Notes under the pieces: generated by a model | Database searches by the model: none | What the model was told of the DNA's origin: nothing | The model's input: the letters and a program-made list of their open reading frames with translations, nothing else | Translations under genes and position numbers: made by a program | Shown: one piece after another, positions 39,511-48,724 of the stretch | How positions within the stretch are numbered: the stretch's first letter is position 1 | Layout: every line of letters starts with the position of its first letter | Assembly (NCBI GenBank): GCA_009693245.1 | Contig: SHXO01000004.1 | Span: 536 to 64,535, forward strand | Length of the DNA: 64,000 bases | Origin: Betaproteobacteria bacterium | GTDB lineage: Bacteria > Pseudomonadota > Gammaproteobacteria > Burkholderiales > SHXO01 | Reading direction: 5' to 3'

Positions 39511-40970
39511 TGCCTTTCAAGCCCGTATTTCTTTGGACGGACGTACTAGTCTACGTGCTGTTGATATCGGCCGTGGTCTTCATCGTATCCGTGAGGCGCC
39601 GCGAGCATCTCCTGGCGCCTTGGCGCAAGGTGGCGCGAAGTCCTTATGGGATGTGCGCCTTGGTCGTCTTATTGTGTTTCCTATTGGTTGGCCTCTTGGA
39701 TTCATTGCATTTTCGCGCGCGCCTGGACAGCAAGGATAACCAAGGCCGCGCCAATTACGCGGCCAAAGTGCTGAGCATGCTTGACGTGCTTGCAACGCCT
39801 CTACGCGCCCGTACCGAGAAAACCTATTCGGAGCCCCTCGCGGTGTATTCCTTCGCCAAGGAGACCGTCACCAAGGCCGATGGTACGCAATCTCGCGAGT
39901 TTCCAAGATTGCGGCACGCGGGGACGCATCTTAGCAATCCGCTGGAGCAACGCTACTCCGACATATCCCGCCGTGTCATGGGAGGGGTTGGATTGGCAGC
40001 CGGGCTATGGATCGCGTTTTCCATGCTGGCCGCGACATGGATTGCTCAAAACCGGAACGCTTCGTTTGGAACGACCGTCACTCAGATGATCCGAGGTGAA
40101 TCGGGAATCCCTTGGCGTGCCATGCTCATCACGCTTGGTTTGCTCTTGTTGGTGGTCTGTCCTGTCTTGATGTTGAGTGCGCGCTACCACGTATTTGGCA
40201 CCGATAAGGTAGGCCAGGATGTGCTTTATCAAACGCTCAAGAGCATACGCACGGGCTTGGTCATCGGCACGCTCACCACGCTCATCGTCTTGCCTTTTGC
40301 CTTGGCTCTTGGCGTCATGGCGGGATACTTACGCGGCTGGGTGGACGATATTATTCAGTACGTTTACACCACGCTTAATTCGATTCCTGGGGTCTTGCTC
40401 ATCGCAGCCTCGGTGCTGTTGAGCCAGGTCTGGATGGACCGGCATCCCGAATTATTCGAAACGCTCACCGAACGGGCGGACGTGCGGCTGCTGCTCCTAT
40501 GTGTCATCCTCGGCATCACCTCTTGGACGGGGTTATGCCGCCTCCTCAGGGGCGAGGCCTTGAAGCTGCGCGAGTCCGATTACGTCCAGGCCGCGCACGC
40601 CCTGGGAGTGAGCCACTGGCGTGTCATGGTACGGCATCTGTTACCCAATCTCATGCACATCGTTCTAATTTCCATCGTGATGGATTTCAGCGGATTGGTG
40701 CTGGCCGAAGCAGTACTGTCCTATGTGGGCGTCGGTGTGGATCCATCCATGATCAGCTTCGGAACGATGATCAACAATGCGAGATTGGAGTTGGCCCGCG
40801 AGCCCGCGGTGTGGTGGTCCCTTGCCGCGGCATTCATATTCATGTTCCTGCTCGTGCTGTCCGCCAATTTGTTTGCCGACTCCGTACGAGACGCCTTCGA
40901 TCCGCGCATGCGCTCCGGGTGGTCATTGCCGTTCAGGCGCCGCTTGGCGCTGGCTGCGCCGCCGCGATGA
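39510..40970 (+). CDS. ABC transporter permease (DppC/OppC/YejE-like, long N-terminal periplasmic loop)
   Basis: ATG overlaps the upstream TGA. EAA-like motif YVQAAHALGVSHWRV. 486 aa. Confidence 0.9.
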   Translation: MPFKPVFLWTDVLVYVLLISAVVFIVSVRRREHLLAPWRKVARSPYGMCALVVLLCFLLVGLLDSLHFRARLDSKDNQGRANYAAKVLSMLDVLATPLRARTEKTYSEPLAVYSFAKETVTKADGTQSREFPRLRHAGTHLSNPLEQRYSDISRRVMGGVGLAAGLWIAFSMLAATWIAQNRNASFGTTVTQMIRGESGIPWRAMLITLGLLLLVVCPVLMLSARYHVFGTDKVGQDVLYQTLKSIRTGLVIGTLTTLIVLPFALALGVMAGYLRGWVDDIIQYVYTTLNSIPGVLLIAASVLLSQVWMDRHPELFETLTERADVRLLLLCVILGITSWTGLCRLLRGEALKLRESDYVQAAHALGVSHWRVMVRHLLPNLMHIVLISIVMDFSGLVLAEAVLSYVGVGVDPSMISFGTMINNARLELAREPAVWWSLAAAFIFMFLLVLSANLFADSVRDAFDPRMRSGWSLPFRRRLALAAPPR

Positions 40971-42970
40971 GCGCGCCGCTGCTTGAGGTTCGAGATCTTG
41001 TCACCTGGATCGATACAGGCGCGGCACCGCTGCGAGCGGTGGATGGCGTTTCCTTCATTATCGAGGCCGCCGAAACCTTCGCATTGCTGGGGGAATCCGG
41101 TTGCGGTAAGTCGATGACCGCGCTGTCCCTCATGCGCTTGCTGCCCGATGCGGCCCGCATCGTTTCGGGCCAGGTACGCCTTAACGGGCACGATATCTTG
41201 GCTTTACCGGAATCCGCCATGCGCGCCGTGCGGGGCGATCGCATGGCGATGATTTTTCAGGAACCTGCCGCGAGCTTGAATGCAGTGATGACCGTAGGAG
41301 CGCAGATTGACGAAGTGCTCCAACAACACACGCCATTGCGCGGGGCCGCGGCGCGTACCCGGTGCATCGAGCTGCTAGATGCGGTGGGTATTCCGGATGC
41401 CGCGAAGCGCATGGAGGAATACCCTTTCCAAATGTCTGGCGGCATGAAGCAGCGTGTCATGATTGCCATGGCGCTCGCCTGCGACCCTAGCCTGTTGGTG
41501 GCCGATGAGCCCACCACTGCGTTGGACGTTACCATTCAGGCGCAGGTGCTCGAGTTGCTCCGCGGCAAGCAAAGCGAGCGCGGCATGGCGGTCTTGCTCA
41601 TCACCCACGATCTCGGTGTAGTGGCGGAAATGGCGCATCGCGTGGGGGTTATGTACGCTGGCGAGCTGGTTGAGATCGCATCGCGCGAAACATTTTTCAG
41701 CCGTCCCGCTCATCCCTATTCCCGCAAACTTTTCGAGGCAGTGCCGCGGGGAGGAGGGCGAGGCGGAGCGCTGGCCGTGATTGCGGGCGTGGTGCCGCGC
41801 TTGACGCAGGTATTCGCTGGTTGCCGCTTCGCGGACCGCTGCGAGCACGTGATGCCCCATTGCCAGACCTCGCCACCACCTTGGGCCGAATTGGAAGATG
41901 GCCAGCGCGTGCGGTGTCATCTTCCTTTCGAGGGGAAAGCGCTTGCCCATGGCGAAGTGGCGGTAGGTAATACCTCGCAAGATAGCGATGGCACACCCCT
42001 GTTAAAGGTCAAGGATCTGAAGATCCATTTTCCTATTCGCAAGGGCGTACTGCGTTCGGTGGCAGGTTATGTTCGCGCGGTGGACGGCGTCAGTCTCGAT
42101 ATTCCTTCCCACCGTACCTTGGCCCTTGTCGGAGAGTCCGGGTGCGGAAAAACGACTCTTGGCAAGGGATTGCTGCGGCTCTACCCGTTGACTGGTGGCA
42201 GCATCGAATTCGCGGGCAGCGAATTGAGTGCGTTGTCCTATGAGGCCATGCGTAAGCACCGCAAGGCGCTTCAGATAATTTTTCAAGATCCCTACAGCTC
42301 GCTCAACCCGCGCATGCGGGTGATGGACATAGTGCAAGAGGGGATGCACGCACTCGGCATTGGAGGAGATGCGCGAGAGCGCGAGCGGCTCGTGGACATG
42401 CTTCTCGAACAGGTGGGTTTGTCGCCTGAAATGCGTTATCGCTATCCCCATGAATTCTCCGGCGGGCAGCGCCAGCGCATTGCCATCGCGCGCGCGCTGG
42501 CGGTGGAACCTAAATTGATTGTGTGCGACGAACCCACCTCTGCCTTGGACGTATCGGTGCAGGCGCAGATCCTGAATTTATTGCGGGACCTTCAACAGCG
42601 ATTGGGCTTGGCCTATTTGTTCATCACACACAACATCTCCGTGGTGGATTATCTGGCCCACCACGTGGCTGTGATGTACCTGGGCCGCATCGTCGAGACG
42701 GGAACGGTAGAGGAAGTGTTGAGGGCGCCCAAACATCCTTACACGCAGGCATTGCTATCGGCCGTCCCGCGCATCGATACGGCTACGAAACGCGAGGTGG
42801 TGCGCCTTCATGGCGAATTGCCCTCGCCCAGTAATCCGCCCCAAGGATGTCATTTCGCCCCTCGCTGCCCGAAGGTGGTGGAGGAGTGCCGGATGCGCTA
42901 TCCCGGCGCCGTGAAGATGACACCCACACATATCGTCAAATGTCACCTATACGGCGGGGAGGCGAGCTAG
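40967..42970 (+). CDS. ABC transporter ATP-binding protein with duplicated ATPase domains (DppD+DppF fused, YejF-like)
   Basis: The ATG at 40967 (ATGA overlap) gives MSAPLLEVRDL. Two Walker A motifs (GESGCGKS, GESGCGKT) and two signature motifs (MSGGMKQR, FSGGQRQR). The track start at 40499 lies inside the permease gene. Confidence 0.92.
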   Translation: MSAPLLEVRDLVTWIDTGAAPLRAVDGVSFIIEAAETFALLGESGCGKSMTALSLMRLLPDAARIVSGQVRLNGHDILALPESAMRAVRGDRMAMIFQEPAASLNAVMTVGAQIDEVLQQHTPLRGAAARTRCIELLDAVGIPDAAKRMEEYPFQMSGGMKQRVMIAMALACDPSLLVADEPTTALDVTIQAQVLELLRGKQSERGMAVLLITHDLGVVAEMAHRVGVMYAGELVEIASRETFFSRPAHPYSRKLFEAVPRGGGRGGALAVIAGVVPRLTQVFAGCRFADRCEHVMPHCQTSPPPWAELEDGQRVRCHLPFEGKALAHGEVAVGNTSQDSDGTPLLKVKDLKIHFPIRKGVLRSVAGYVRAVDGVSLDIPSHRTLALVGESGCGKTTLGKGLLRLYPLTGGSIEFAGSELSALSYEAMRKHRKALQIIFQDPYSSLNPRMRVMDIVQEGMHALGIGGDARERERLVDMLLEQVGLSPEMRYRYPHEFSGGQRQRIAIARALAVEPKLIVCDEPTSALDVSVQAQILNLLRDLQQRLGLAYLFITHNISVVDYLAHHVAVMYLGRIVETGTVEEVLRAPKHPYTQALLSAVPRIDTATKREVVRLHGELPSPSNPPQGCHFAPRCPKVVEECRMRYPGAVKMTPTHIVKCHLYGGEAS

Positions 42971-44454
42971 CTCATCGCCAGTTTCTGGCCGCGGGCCCGG
43001 TGCGGGCCCACCACGAGCAGTTGGCCTGCCCGCACGGTGTTCGCTTTTAGCCGGTTCCAGGACTTTAATTGCGCCACGCTAACCGCGTGCTTGCGCGCGA
43101 TGGCGAACAGCGTTTCGCCACGCTTCACCCGGTACAGTCCTTTCCTTCTTGGCGTTACGACGCTATTGGCCGGTGCGAAGTCCGCGTGATCGGCATGCGT
43201 GGGTAAGGCGGTGGCTCGAGCCGGATTTCTCGCCGGCACCAGCAGCAGTTGCCCAGGGCGCAAGCGCGATTTCGCGGTGAGCCCGTTGGCCTCGCGCAAG
43301 AGTTCGACGCTGACATCATACTTTTGCGCGACGTTGGGAAGCCGTTCTTTTCGTTGCACCCGGTGGGATTGCCAAGTAACCAAGGGTCGTTCGAAGTTTT
43401 CCAGGTTCTCGTGAAAAACTCCAGCCTTATCCGCTGGGACCAAAAGCTGTTTTCCCGCGCCTGGTAGGATCACGGGGCGGCTGTGAGCGGGATTCAGGTA
43501 ACGAAATTCCTCGACAGACATGTTGGCGAGTTTCGCCGCAAGCTTGACGTCGATCTGTCCTGGCACCTTCACGGTGGTGAAATAAGGTTGGTTGGGAACG
43601 GACTCGATGGTAAATCCGAAGGCTTCGGGATCGGAAATGAGATTCTTAACCGCTTGCAACTTGGGAAGGTAATTGCGTGTTTCCGCGGGCATTGTCAGGT
43701 TGGCGTAGTCCGTGGGTTTACCGGCCGTGCGGTTCTTGGCCACGGCTCGCGCCACGGCTCCCTCCCCCCAGTTATAGGCCGCCAGTGCCAGTTGCCAATC
43801 GCCGAACAGTGCGTGCAGCGTCTGCAAGTAGTCCAGCGCGGCGCGGGTGGCATCGAGCACGTCACGCCTTCCGTCGTACCAAAAATTCTGCTTGAGGCCG
43901 TAGCGTTTTCCTGTTGAAGGAATGAACTGCCACATGCCGGCCGCCTTCATACGAGAGTCCGCGCGGGGGTTGTAGGCGCTTTCCACCATGGGAAGCAGGG
44001 CAATTTCCATCGGCATACCGCGCTTCTCGATCTCGGCGACGATGAAGAACAAATAACGCCGGCTGCGGTCGATCATGCGTGCCATGTAGTCGGGCCGGTC
44101 GGAATACCAGTCCTTGTGTTTTTCAACCAACGGCCCCTCGATTTCCGGCATCTGGAAACCTTGGCGGATGCGGCCCCAGACATCGGAGGCTTCCTCCTCC
44201 GAGATCTGCGCCGGGTTCAGCATGCGCGGCGCCGCAATCTCCGCCGGGGTCATCAGGTTCGGCATGAAAGCGGGCGCTGGCAAGAAATCCGGCTTCGGCG
44301 CGGCTGGCACCTCGGTAGTAAAGACAGGCCGGTCTGGAGCTAGGGCGGCTCCTGGAGGAAACACCGTTCCATCCACGGCATGGGCGACTGGAACAATTAA
44401 GCAGAGAAATGATGCGAGGGAAAATGCAAAAAAAAGGGAGGTTGTTGTTCTCAT
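42967..44454 (-). CDS. mltD: Membrane-bound lytic murein transglycosylase D-like (SLT domain plus LysM repeats)
   Basis: Signal peptide from the ATG at 44454. SLT catalytic region (LPMVESAYNPRADSRMKAAGMWQF) and C-terminal LysM repeats (YRVKRGETLFAIARKH...). Confidence 0.88.
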   Translation of the reverse strand: MRTTTSLFFAFSLASFLCLIVPVAHAVDGTVFPPGAALAPDRPVFTTEVPAAPKPDFLPAPAFMPNLMTPAEIAAPRMLNPAQISEEEASDVWGRIRQGFQMPEIEGPLVEKHKDWYSDRPDYMARMIDRSRRYLFFIVAEIEKRGMPMEIALLPMVESAYNPRADSRMKAAGMWQFIPSTGKRYGLKQNFWYDGRRDVLDATRAALDYLQTLHALFGDWQLALAAYNWGEGAVARAVAKNRTAGKPTDYANLTMPAETRNYLPKLQAVKNLISDPEAFGFTIESVPNQPYFTTVKVPGQIDVKLAAKLANMSVEEFRYLNPAHSRPVILPGAGKQLLVPADKAGVFHENLENFERPLVTWQSHRVQRKERLPNVAQKYDVSVELLREANGLTAKSRLRPGQLLLVPARNPARATALPTHADHADFAPANSVVTPRRKGLYRVKRGETLFAIARKHAVSVAQLKSWNRLKANTVRAGQLLVVGPHRARGQKLAMS

Positions 44455-44722
44455 GCGACGCCGGTATAGGTAATTGGGAACAATGTTAACTGATAATTCC
44501 ACAGTTAGGCAATAAGTTAGGATGTTTTCCTAAGGCGAATATTGAATATTGACTCTTACTGAGCAAGGGACGCGCCCAATACCTTGCATGGATAGATTTT
44601 TCGCATTGCGCTATAACATGGGCCCGCCGCCGGGGACGACGCAAGACGCGCACGGCGGGAGTTGTTTTTAGATGCCGGACAGGCGAATATCCGCGCTTGG
44701 GTTTTTCCAATGGAAACTCTCT

Positions 44723-45487
44723 ATGTTCAATGAATCTTCGGACAATAACCTGAGTCAGTGGTTATCCACCCCATTGGGCCAGTATCTGTTGAAGTCCGAG
44801 CAGGCGTGCATCGATCACGAGGTGGCGGACGTCTTCGGATTTCACTCCCTTCAACTGGGCCTGCCAGCGGTGGACTTCCTAAGGAGCAACCGGATTCCCT
44901 ATCGCCACCACCTGGATCCAGCGGGCGGGGCCGAAATCAACGCAAGCTTCGAAGCATTGCCTTTGCTTTCTCAAAGCGTCGATTTGGTGGTGATGCCCCA
45001 CGTATTGGAGTTCAGTTCCAACCCGCACGAAGTGTTGCGCGAGGTAACGCGTGTGCTCATGCCAGACGGACATTTGGTCATTACTGGGTTCAACCCGTGG
45101 AGCCTATGGGGCTTGCGCCAGATGTTAGAATCCAATATGGCTCGCTATCCTTGGTGCGGCGATTTCATCAACTTGCCGCGCCTGAAAGATTGGACGAAGC
45201 TATTAGGAGTCGAGCTGGCCGCGGGTCGCATGCGCTGTTACCTGCCCCCCGTACGGCGGGAGGAGTGGTTGCAGCGCTTTGGATTCCTGGATGCCGCGGG
45301 GGACCGCTGGTGGCCTTTCATGGGAGGCGTCTACGTGCTCCATGGTATCAAGCGAGTGCACGGCATGCGCTTGATCATGCCCAAGTGGAAGCGCTCTGTG
45401 CTAAAGAGCAAAGCGCTCGCCGCTGTCCCGCGGCGGGTGGGCGGAGCCTCGATGACTCAAAAAGACGCACCGGAGCGAAACCGGTGA
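44723..45487 (+). CDS. Class I SAM-dependent methyltransferase (YafS-like, upstream of rnhA)
   Basis: Methyltransferase-11-like region ([39 protein letters not shown]). Position resembles the yafS-rnhA-dnaQ neighbourhood. Confidence 0.8.
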   Translation: MFNESSDNNLSQWLSTPLGQYLLKSEQACIDHEVADVFGFHSLQLGLPAVDFLRSNRIPYRHHLDPAGGAEINASFEALPLLSQSVDLVVMPHVLEFSSNPHEVLREVTRVLMPDGHLVITGFNPWSLWGLRQMLESNMARYPWCGDFINLPRLKDWTKLLGVELAAGRMRCYLPPVRREEWLQRFGFLDAAGDRWWPFMGGVYVLHGIKRVHGMRLIMPKWKRSVLKSKALAAVPRRVGGASMTQKDAPERNR

Positions 45488-45924
45488 GCGAGGCTACCGA
45501 CATATTTACCGATGGCGCTTGTAAAGGAAATCCAGGTCCTGGTGGTTGGGGCGTCATGCTGGTTCACGGCGAGAACACACGCGAGCTATACGGAGGAGAA
45601 GCCAAGACCACCAATAACCGCATGGAGCTCACTGCCGTCATTCAAGGGCTCTCGGCGCTCAAGGGGCGTTGCCGGGTTTGGATACACACCGATTCGCAGT
45701 ACGTGCAGCTAGGCATAACGCAGTGGATTCACAACTGGAAGCGGCGGGGCTGGCGGACGGCGGATAACAAGCCAGTCAAGAACGAAGACCTGTGGAGGCA
45801 GCTCGATGAACTTGCCGCAAGCCACGATATCAAGTGGATCTGGGTGAAAGGGCACGCGGGCCACGCCGGAAATGAACGCGCGGACCAGTTAGCGAACTTG
45901 GGCGTGGAATCGCTGAACGCATGA
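45484..45924 (+). CDS. rnhA: Ribonuclease HI
   Basis: The GTG at 45484 (GTGA overlap) gives [23 protein letters not shown]...TNNRMEL...[15 protein letters not shown], the full RNase H catalytic motif set. Confidence 0.93.
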   Translation: MSEATDIFTDGACKGNPGPGGWGVMLVHGENTRELYGGEAKTTNNRMELTAVIQGLSALKGRCRVWIHTDSQYVQLGITQWIHNWKRRGWRTADNKPVKNEDLWRQLDELAASHDIKWIWVKGHAGHAGNERADQLANLGVESLNA

Positions 45925-46658
45925 ATACACTGCGCCAAGTCGTGCTCGATACGGAGACCACGGGTCTGGAGGTGTCCCAGGGCCATCGCATTATCGAATT
46001 GGCCGCCGTGGAGGTCATCAATCGCCGCCTCACCGGTAACACCTTTCAGCGTTATGTGAATCCCGATCGCGAGATCGACGCTGGTGCGCGTGACGTTCAC
46101 GGCATCAGCATCGAATTTCTTCAGGACAAACCGCGGTTCAAGGATGTCGCCGGGGAGCTCATCGAATTTATCCGTGGCACTGAGTTGGTCATACACAATG
46201 CGCCCTTCGACGTGGGATTTCTCAATGCGGAACTCGCCCTGGCCGGCCGGGGCGGCCTCAAGGATTACTGCGGTAAGGTGACCGATACGCTGCGTATAGC
46301 GAAGGACCTCAATCCAGGCAAGCGCGCGAACCTCGATGCCTTGTGCGAGCGCTACCAAGTCGGCAACTCGCATCGCACCGTGCACGGTGCCCTACTGGAC
46401 GCGCGGCTGTTAGCCGAAGTCTTTCTTGCCATGACCAGGGGGCAGGACTCCCTGGTGATGGACGTCGTGGCACCTTCCGCCGGAGAGGCGACGGAGCTTG
46501 CGGCCCGCGCGAACCTAAATCTAGCTCTTATCGCCGCTACCCAGGACGAACTACACGCTCACGAGCGGATGCTCGACGATATCGAGAAGGGGCGCAAAGC
46601 CCCCAGCCTATGGCGCAAACTCGGTCCTCAAACCGTGGAGGTCTCCGGCGAAGCTTGA
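45921..46658 (+). CDS. dnaQ: DNA polymerase III subunit epsilon (3'-5' proofreading exonuclease)
   Basis: Exo [10 protein letters not shown], Exo [12 protein letters not shown], Exo [20 protein letters not shown] overlap with rnhA. Confidence 0.94.
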   Translation: MNTLRQVVLDTETTGLEVSQGHRIIELAAVEVINRRLTGNTFQRYVNPDREIDAGARDVHGISIEFLQDKPRFKDVAGELIEFIRGTELVIHNAPFDVGFLNAELALAGRGGLKDYCGKVTDTLRIAKDLNPGKRANLDALCERYQVGNSHRTVHGALLDARLLAEVFLAMTRGQDSLVMDVVAPSAGEATELAARANLNLALIAATQDELHAHERMLDDIEKGRKAPSLWRKLGPQTVEVSGEA

Positions 46659-47674
46659 GCGAGGCGTTTGCGAACACGCTCGTTCGCCGCTTGAAGAGGC
46701 GTCACTCCGGTGTTGCGTGCTTCTCGCAAGACATCGGCGGTGATCCGCCGAATGCGCTCTACCGCCAGGAGCACCGCTCGTGGCGAATCGTCGATGCTTT
46801 CCTGGTGAAAATCGATGACGCCGCCAGCGTTGGCGAGATAGTCCGGAACATAAAGAATGCCTCGCGCATGCAGCTGTTGCGCGTGTTCAGGGCGCGAAAG
46901 CTGGTTGTTGGCCCCGCCGCATACCACGCGTGTCTTTAGGCTGGGCAAGGTAGCGTCGTTCAGAATACCGCCCAGGGCGCAAGGCGCGAATATATCGGCC
47001 TCCTGGCGGTAAATGTCCTCGGGAGGAACCACCGCCGCCTGCCAGTCGTGCGCGGCTTTCGCGGCACGCCCGGAATCCGTGTCGCATACCACGAGCTGCG
47101 CACCTTGTGCCCAAAGAAGCTCGCATAAGGGGCCGCCAACGTTTCCCAGCCCTTGTACCGCGACACGCAAGCCGCGGCAGTCCGTGCGGCCGTGGACGTG
47201 TTCGATGGCTGCCAGCATGGCGTAATACACGCCATGGGCGGTGACTCCCAAGGGCTGTTGCGCGGATTGCGTGGCGGCCGCGGTATGGGTGGTGACTTGG
47301 CGCATCAGCGCCAAGTCGGCCAAGCTTGTACCCACGTCGTCGGCGATGAGGTAGCGCCCGCCAAGATCCTCGACCGCACGTCCCATCGCGCGCAGAAGTT
47401 CAGGTGTTTTATCGCGTGACGGGTCTCCAATGATCACGGACTTCCCCCCGCCGTGGGGAAGATCGCAGATCGCGGACTTATACGTCATCCCGCGCGACAG
47501 GCGCAGAGCATCCGCGAGAGCGCCGGCGTCGCTGGCGTAAGCGCGCATCCGGCAACCGCCGAAAGCGGGGCCCAATGTCGTATCGTGGATGGCGATGATG
47601 GCCTTGAGCCCGCTGCGTGCGTCATGGACGTGGATCACGCGTTCGTGGCCGTCGTAGTCAGGATGGCTGAACAC
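46628..47674 (-). CDS. Glu/Leu/Phe/Val dehydrogenase family enzyme, leucine/phenylalanine dehydrogenase type
   Basis: The GTG at 47674 gives VFSHPDYDGHERVIHVHDARSGLKAIIAIHDTTLGPAFGGCRM...LSRGMTYKSA...GGGKSVIIGDP...VQGLGNVG, collinear with Bacillus LeuDH from memory. 348 aa. It is the C-terminal half of the 668-aa track ORF. Confidence 0.88.
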   Translation of the reverse strand: MFSHPDYDGHERVIHVHDARSGLKAIIAIHDTTLGPAFGGCRMRAYASDAGALADALRLSRGMTYKSAICDLPHGGGKSVIIGDPSRDKTPELLRAMGRAVEDLGGRYLIADDVGTSLADLALMRQVTTHTAAATQSAQQPLGVTAHGVYYAMLAAIEHVHGRTDCRGLRVAVQGLGNVGGPLCELLWAQGAQLVVCDTDSGRAAKAAHDWQAAVVPPEDIYRQEADIFAPCALGGILNDATLPSLKTRVVCGGANNQLSRPEHAQQLHARGILYVPDYLANAGGVIDFHQESIDDSPRAVLLAVERIRRITADVLREARNTGVTPLQAANERVRKRLAQASPETSTV

Positions 47675-48634
47675 TATCGAGCCCGGATAGCCGTCACGGC
47701 CAAACACAACTCCGCGAACAATATCTGTGCGGCGATATGCGCGGTGTTGGTGGTGCTGTCGTATTGCGGGGCCACTTCCACCACGTCCGCTCCCGCGAGA
47801 TCGATTCCGTTCATGCCACGTACGATGGCGAGCGCTTCGCGCGAGGTCAATCCGCCCACTTCGGGCATGCCGGTTCCCGGCAGCAAAAGCGGGATCCAGG
47901 CAATCCACGTCGAAGGAAAGATAGACCTGACCCTGACCTACCACCTCGCGAGCCTTGGCGATGACGGTGCTCAATCCCATCTCCACCATCTCCTCGGCGT
48001 GAATGACCGTCATCCCCGATTCGTGGGAAAACTCCCACAGGTACTCTGCTCCACCGCGAATGCCGATCTGAATGGTGCGCGCGGGATCCAGCACGCCATC
48101 CAACACCGCTTGGCGAAAGGGACCGCCATGATGAAGCTTCGAACCCTCGTAGACACCACCTGTGTCGCAATGGGCGTCCAAGTGAACCATTCCCAAGGGC
48201 CGCTGGCGGCCCAAGGCGCGCAAGATCGAGTAACTGATGGAGTGATCCCCTCCGATGGCGAGTGGGATCGCATTACTCGCATGCACGGCGCTGAAAAACG
48301 CTTCAATGTCATCGTGGCAAGAAGCCAGATCGAAGCGGCTGCGAAAAAGAACATCGCCCACATCCGCCGCCCGAATTTCCGTGACGGGTGCCGCGCGCAG
48401 CACGTGTTCGTAGGGCCCGATACGTTCCACCGCTCGCACTGCGCGCGGTCCCAAACGGGCGCCCGCCCGGTTGGTCACGCCCAGGTCCATGGGTACGCCT
48501 ATCACGGCCACATCAAGACCCGTTATAGAATTTCCTTGAACCGCTTGGGGGATGTAAGGCAGGCCAAGAAAGGTGGCAGGATCGGCGAAGGGCAGCTTGC
48601 GTTTGTCGCCGTTCAGAAATTGCGCATCGGCCAC
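47674..48634 (-). pseudogene. Ureohydrolase (agmatinase / guanidino-acid hydrolase family) interrupted by a 1-nt insertion near 47880-47884
   Basis: Frame A (48634 to about 47882) carries GGDHSISY, HLDAHCDT and SFDVDCLDPAFA. Frame B (ORF 47674..47886) continues PGTGMPEVGGLTSREAL...DVVEVAPQYD. The sequence reads GCT-G-CCG-GGA-ACC-GGC where the family motif DPAxAPGTGTPE needs no extra base. Confidence 0.8.
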
Positions 48635-48724
48635 CCGCTTGAACTCGGGATCGAATAATTCTCCGCCCTTTCCCCCGGCATAGCGGGCGCGCAGTTCGCC
48701 GAGAGTTTTCTTATCCGTCGCCTT

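Noticed and set aside
40499-40966. Upstream extensions of several track ORFs (40499, 44758, 15769, 7139, 13408, 49717-51273, 33465, 36261, 55653)
   Set aside because: Each extension overlaps the preceding gene in another frame. An internal start with an SD, a stop-start overlap or a signal peptide gives the family-typical N-terminus.
46628-48634. 668-aa ORF that looks like a bifunctional ureohydrolase plus amino-acid dehydrogenase
   Set aside because: The linker of about 70 aa is the out-of-frame translation of the ureohydrolase C-terminus, whose real sequence is intact in ORF 47674..47886. The dehydrogenase has its own GTG start at 47674. I therefore treat this as two genes plus a frameshift.
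47453-48658. 401-aa plus-strand ORF and many other long ORFs (for example 10160..10819, 1130..1603, 16177..16932, 41375..41980, 50269..51072)
   Set aside because: They are antisense to genes with strong family motifs, are Arg/Ala/Gly/Pro-rich, and are typical GC-rich shadow ORFs.
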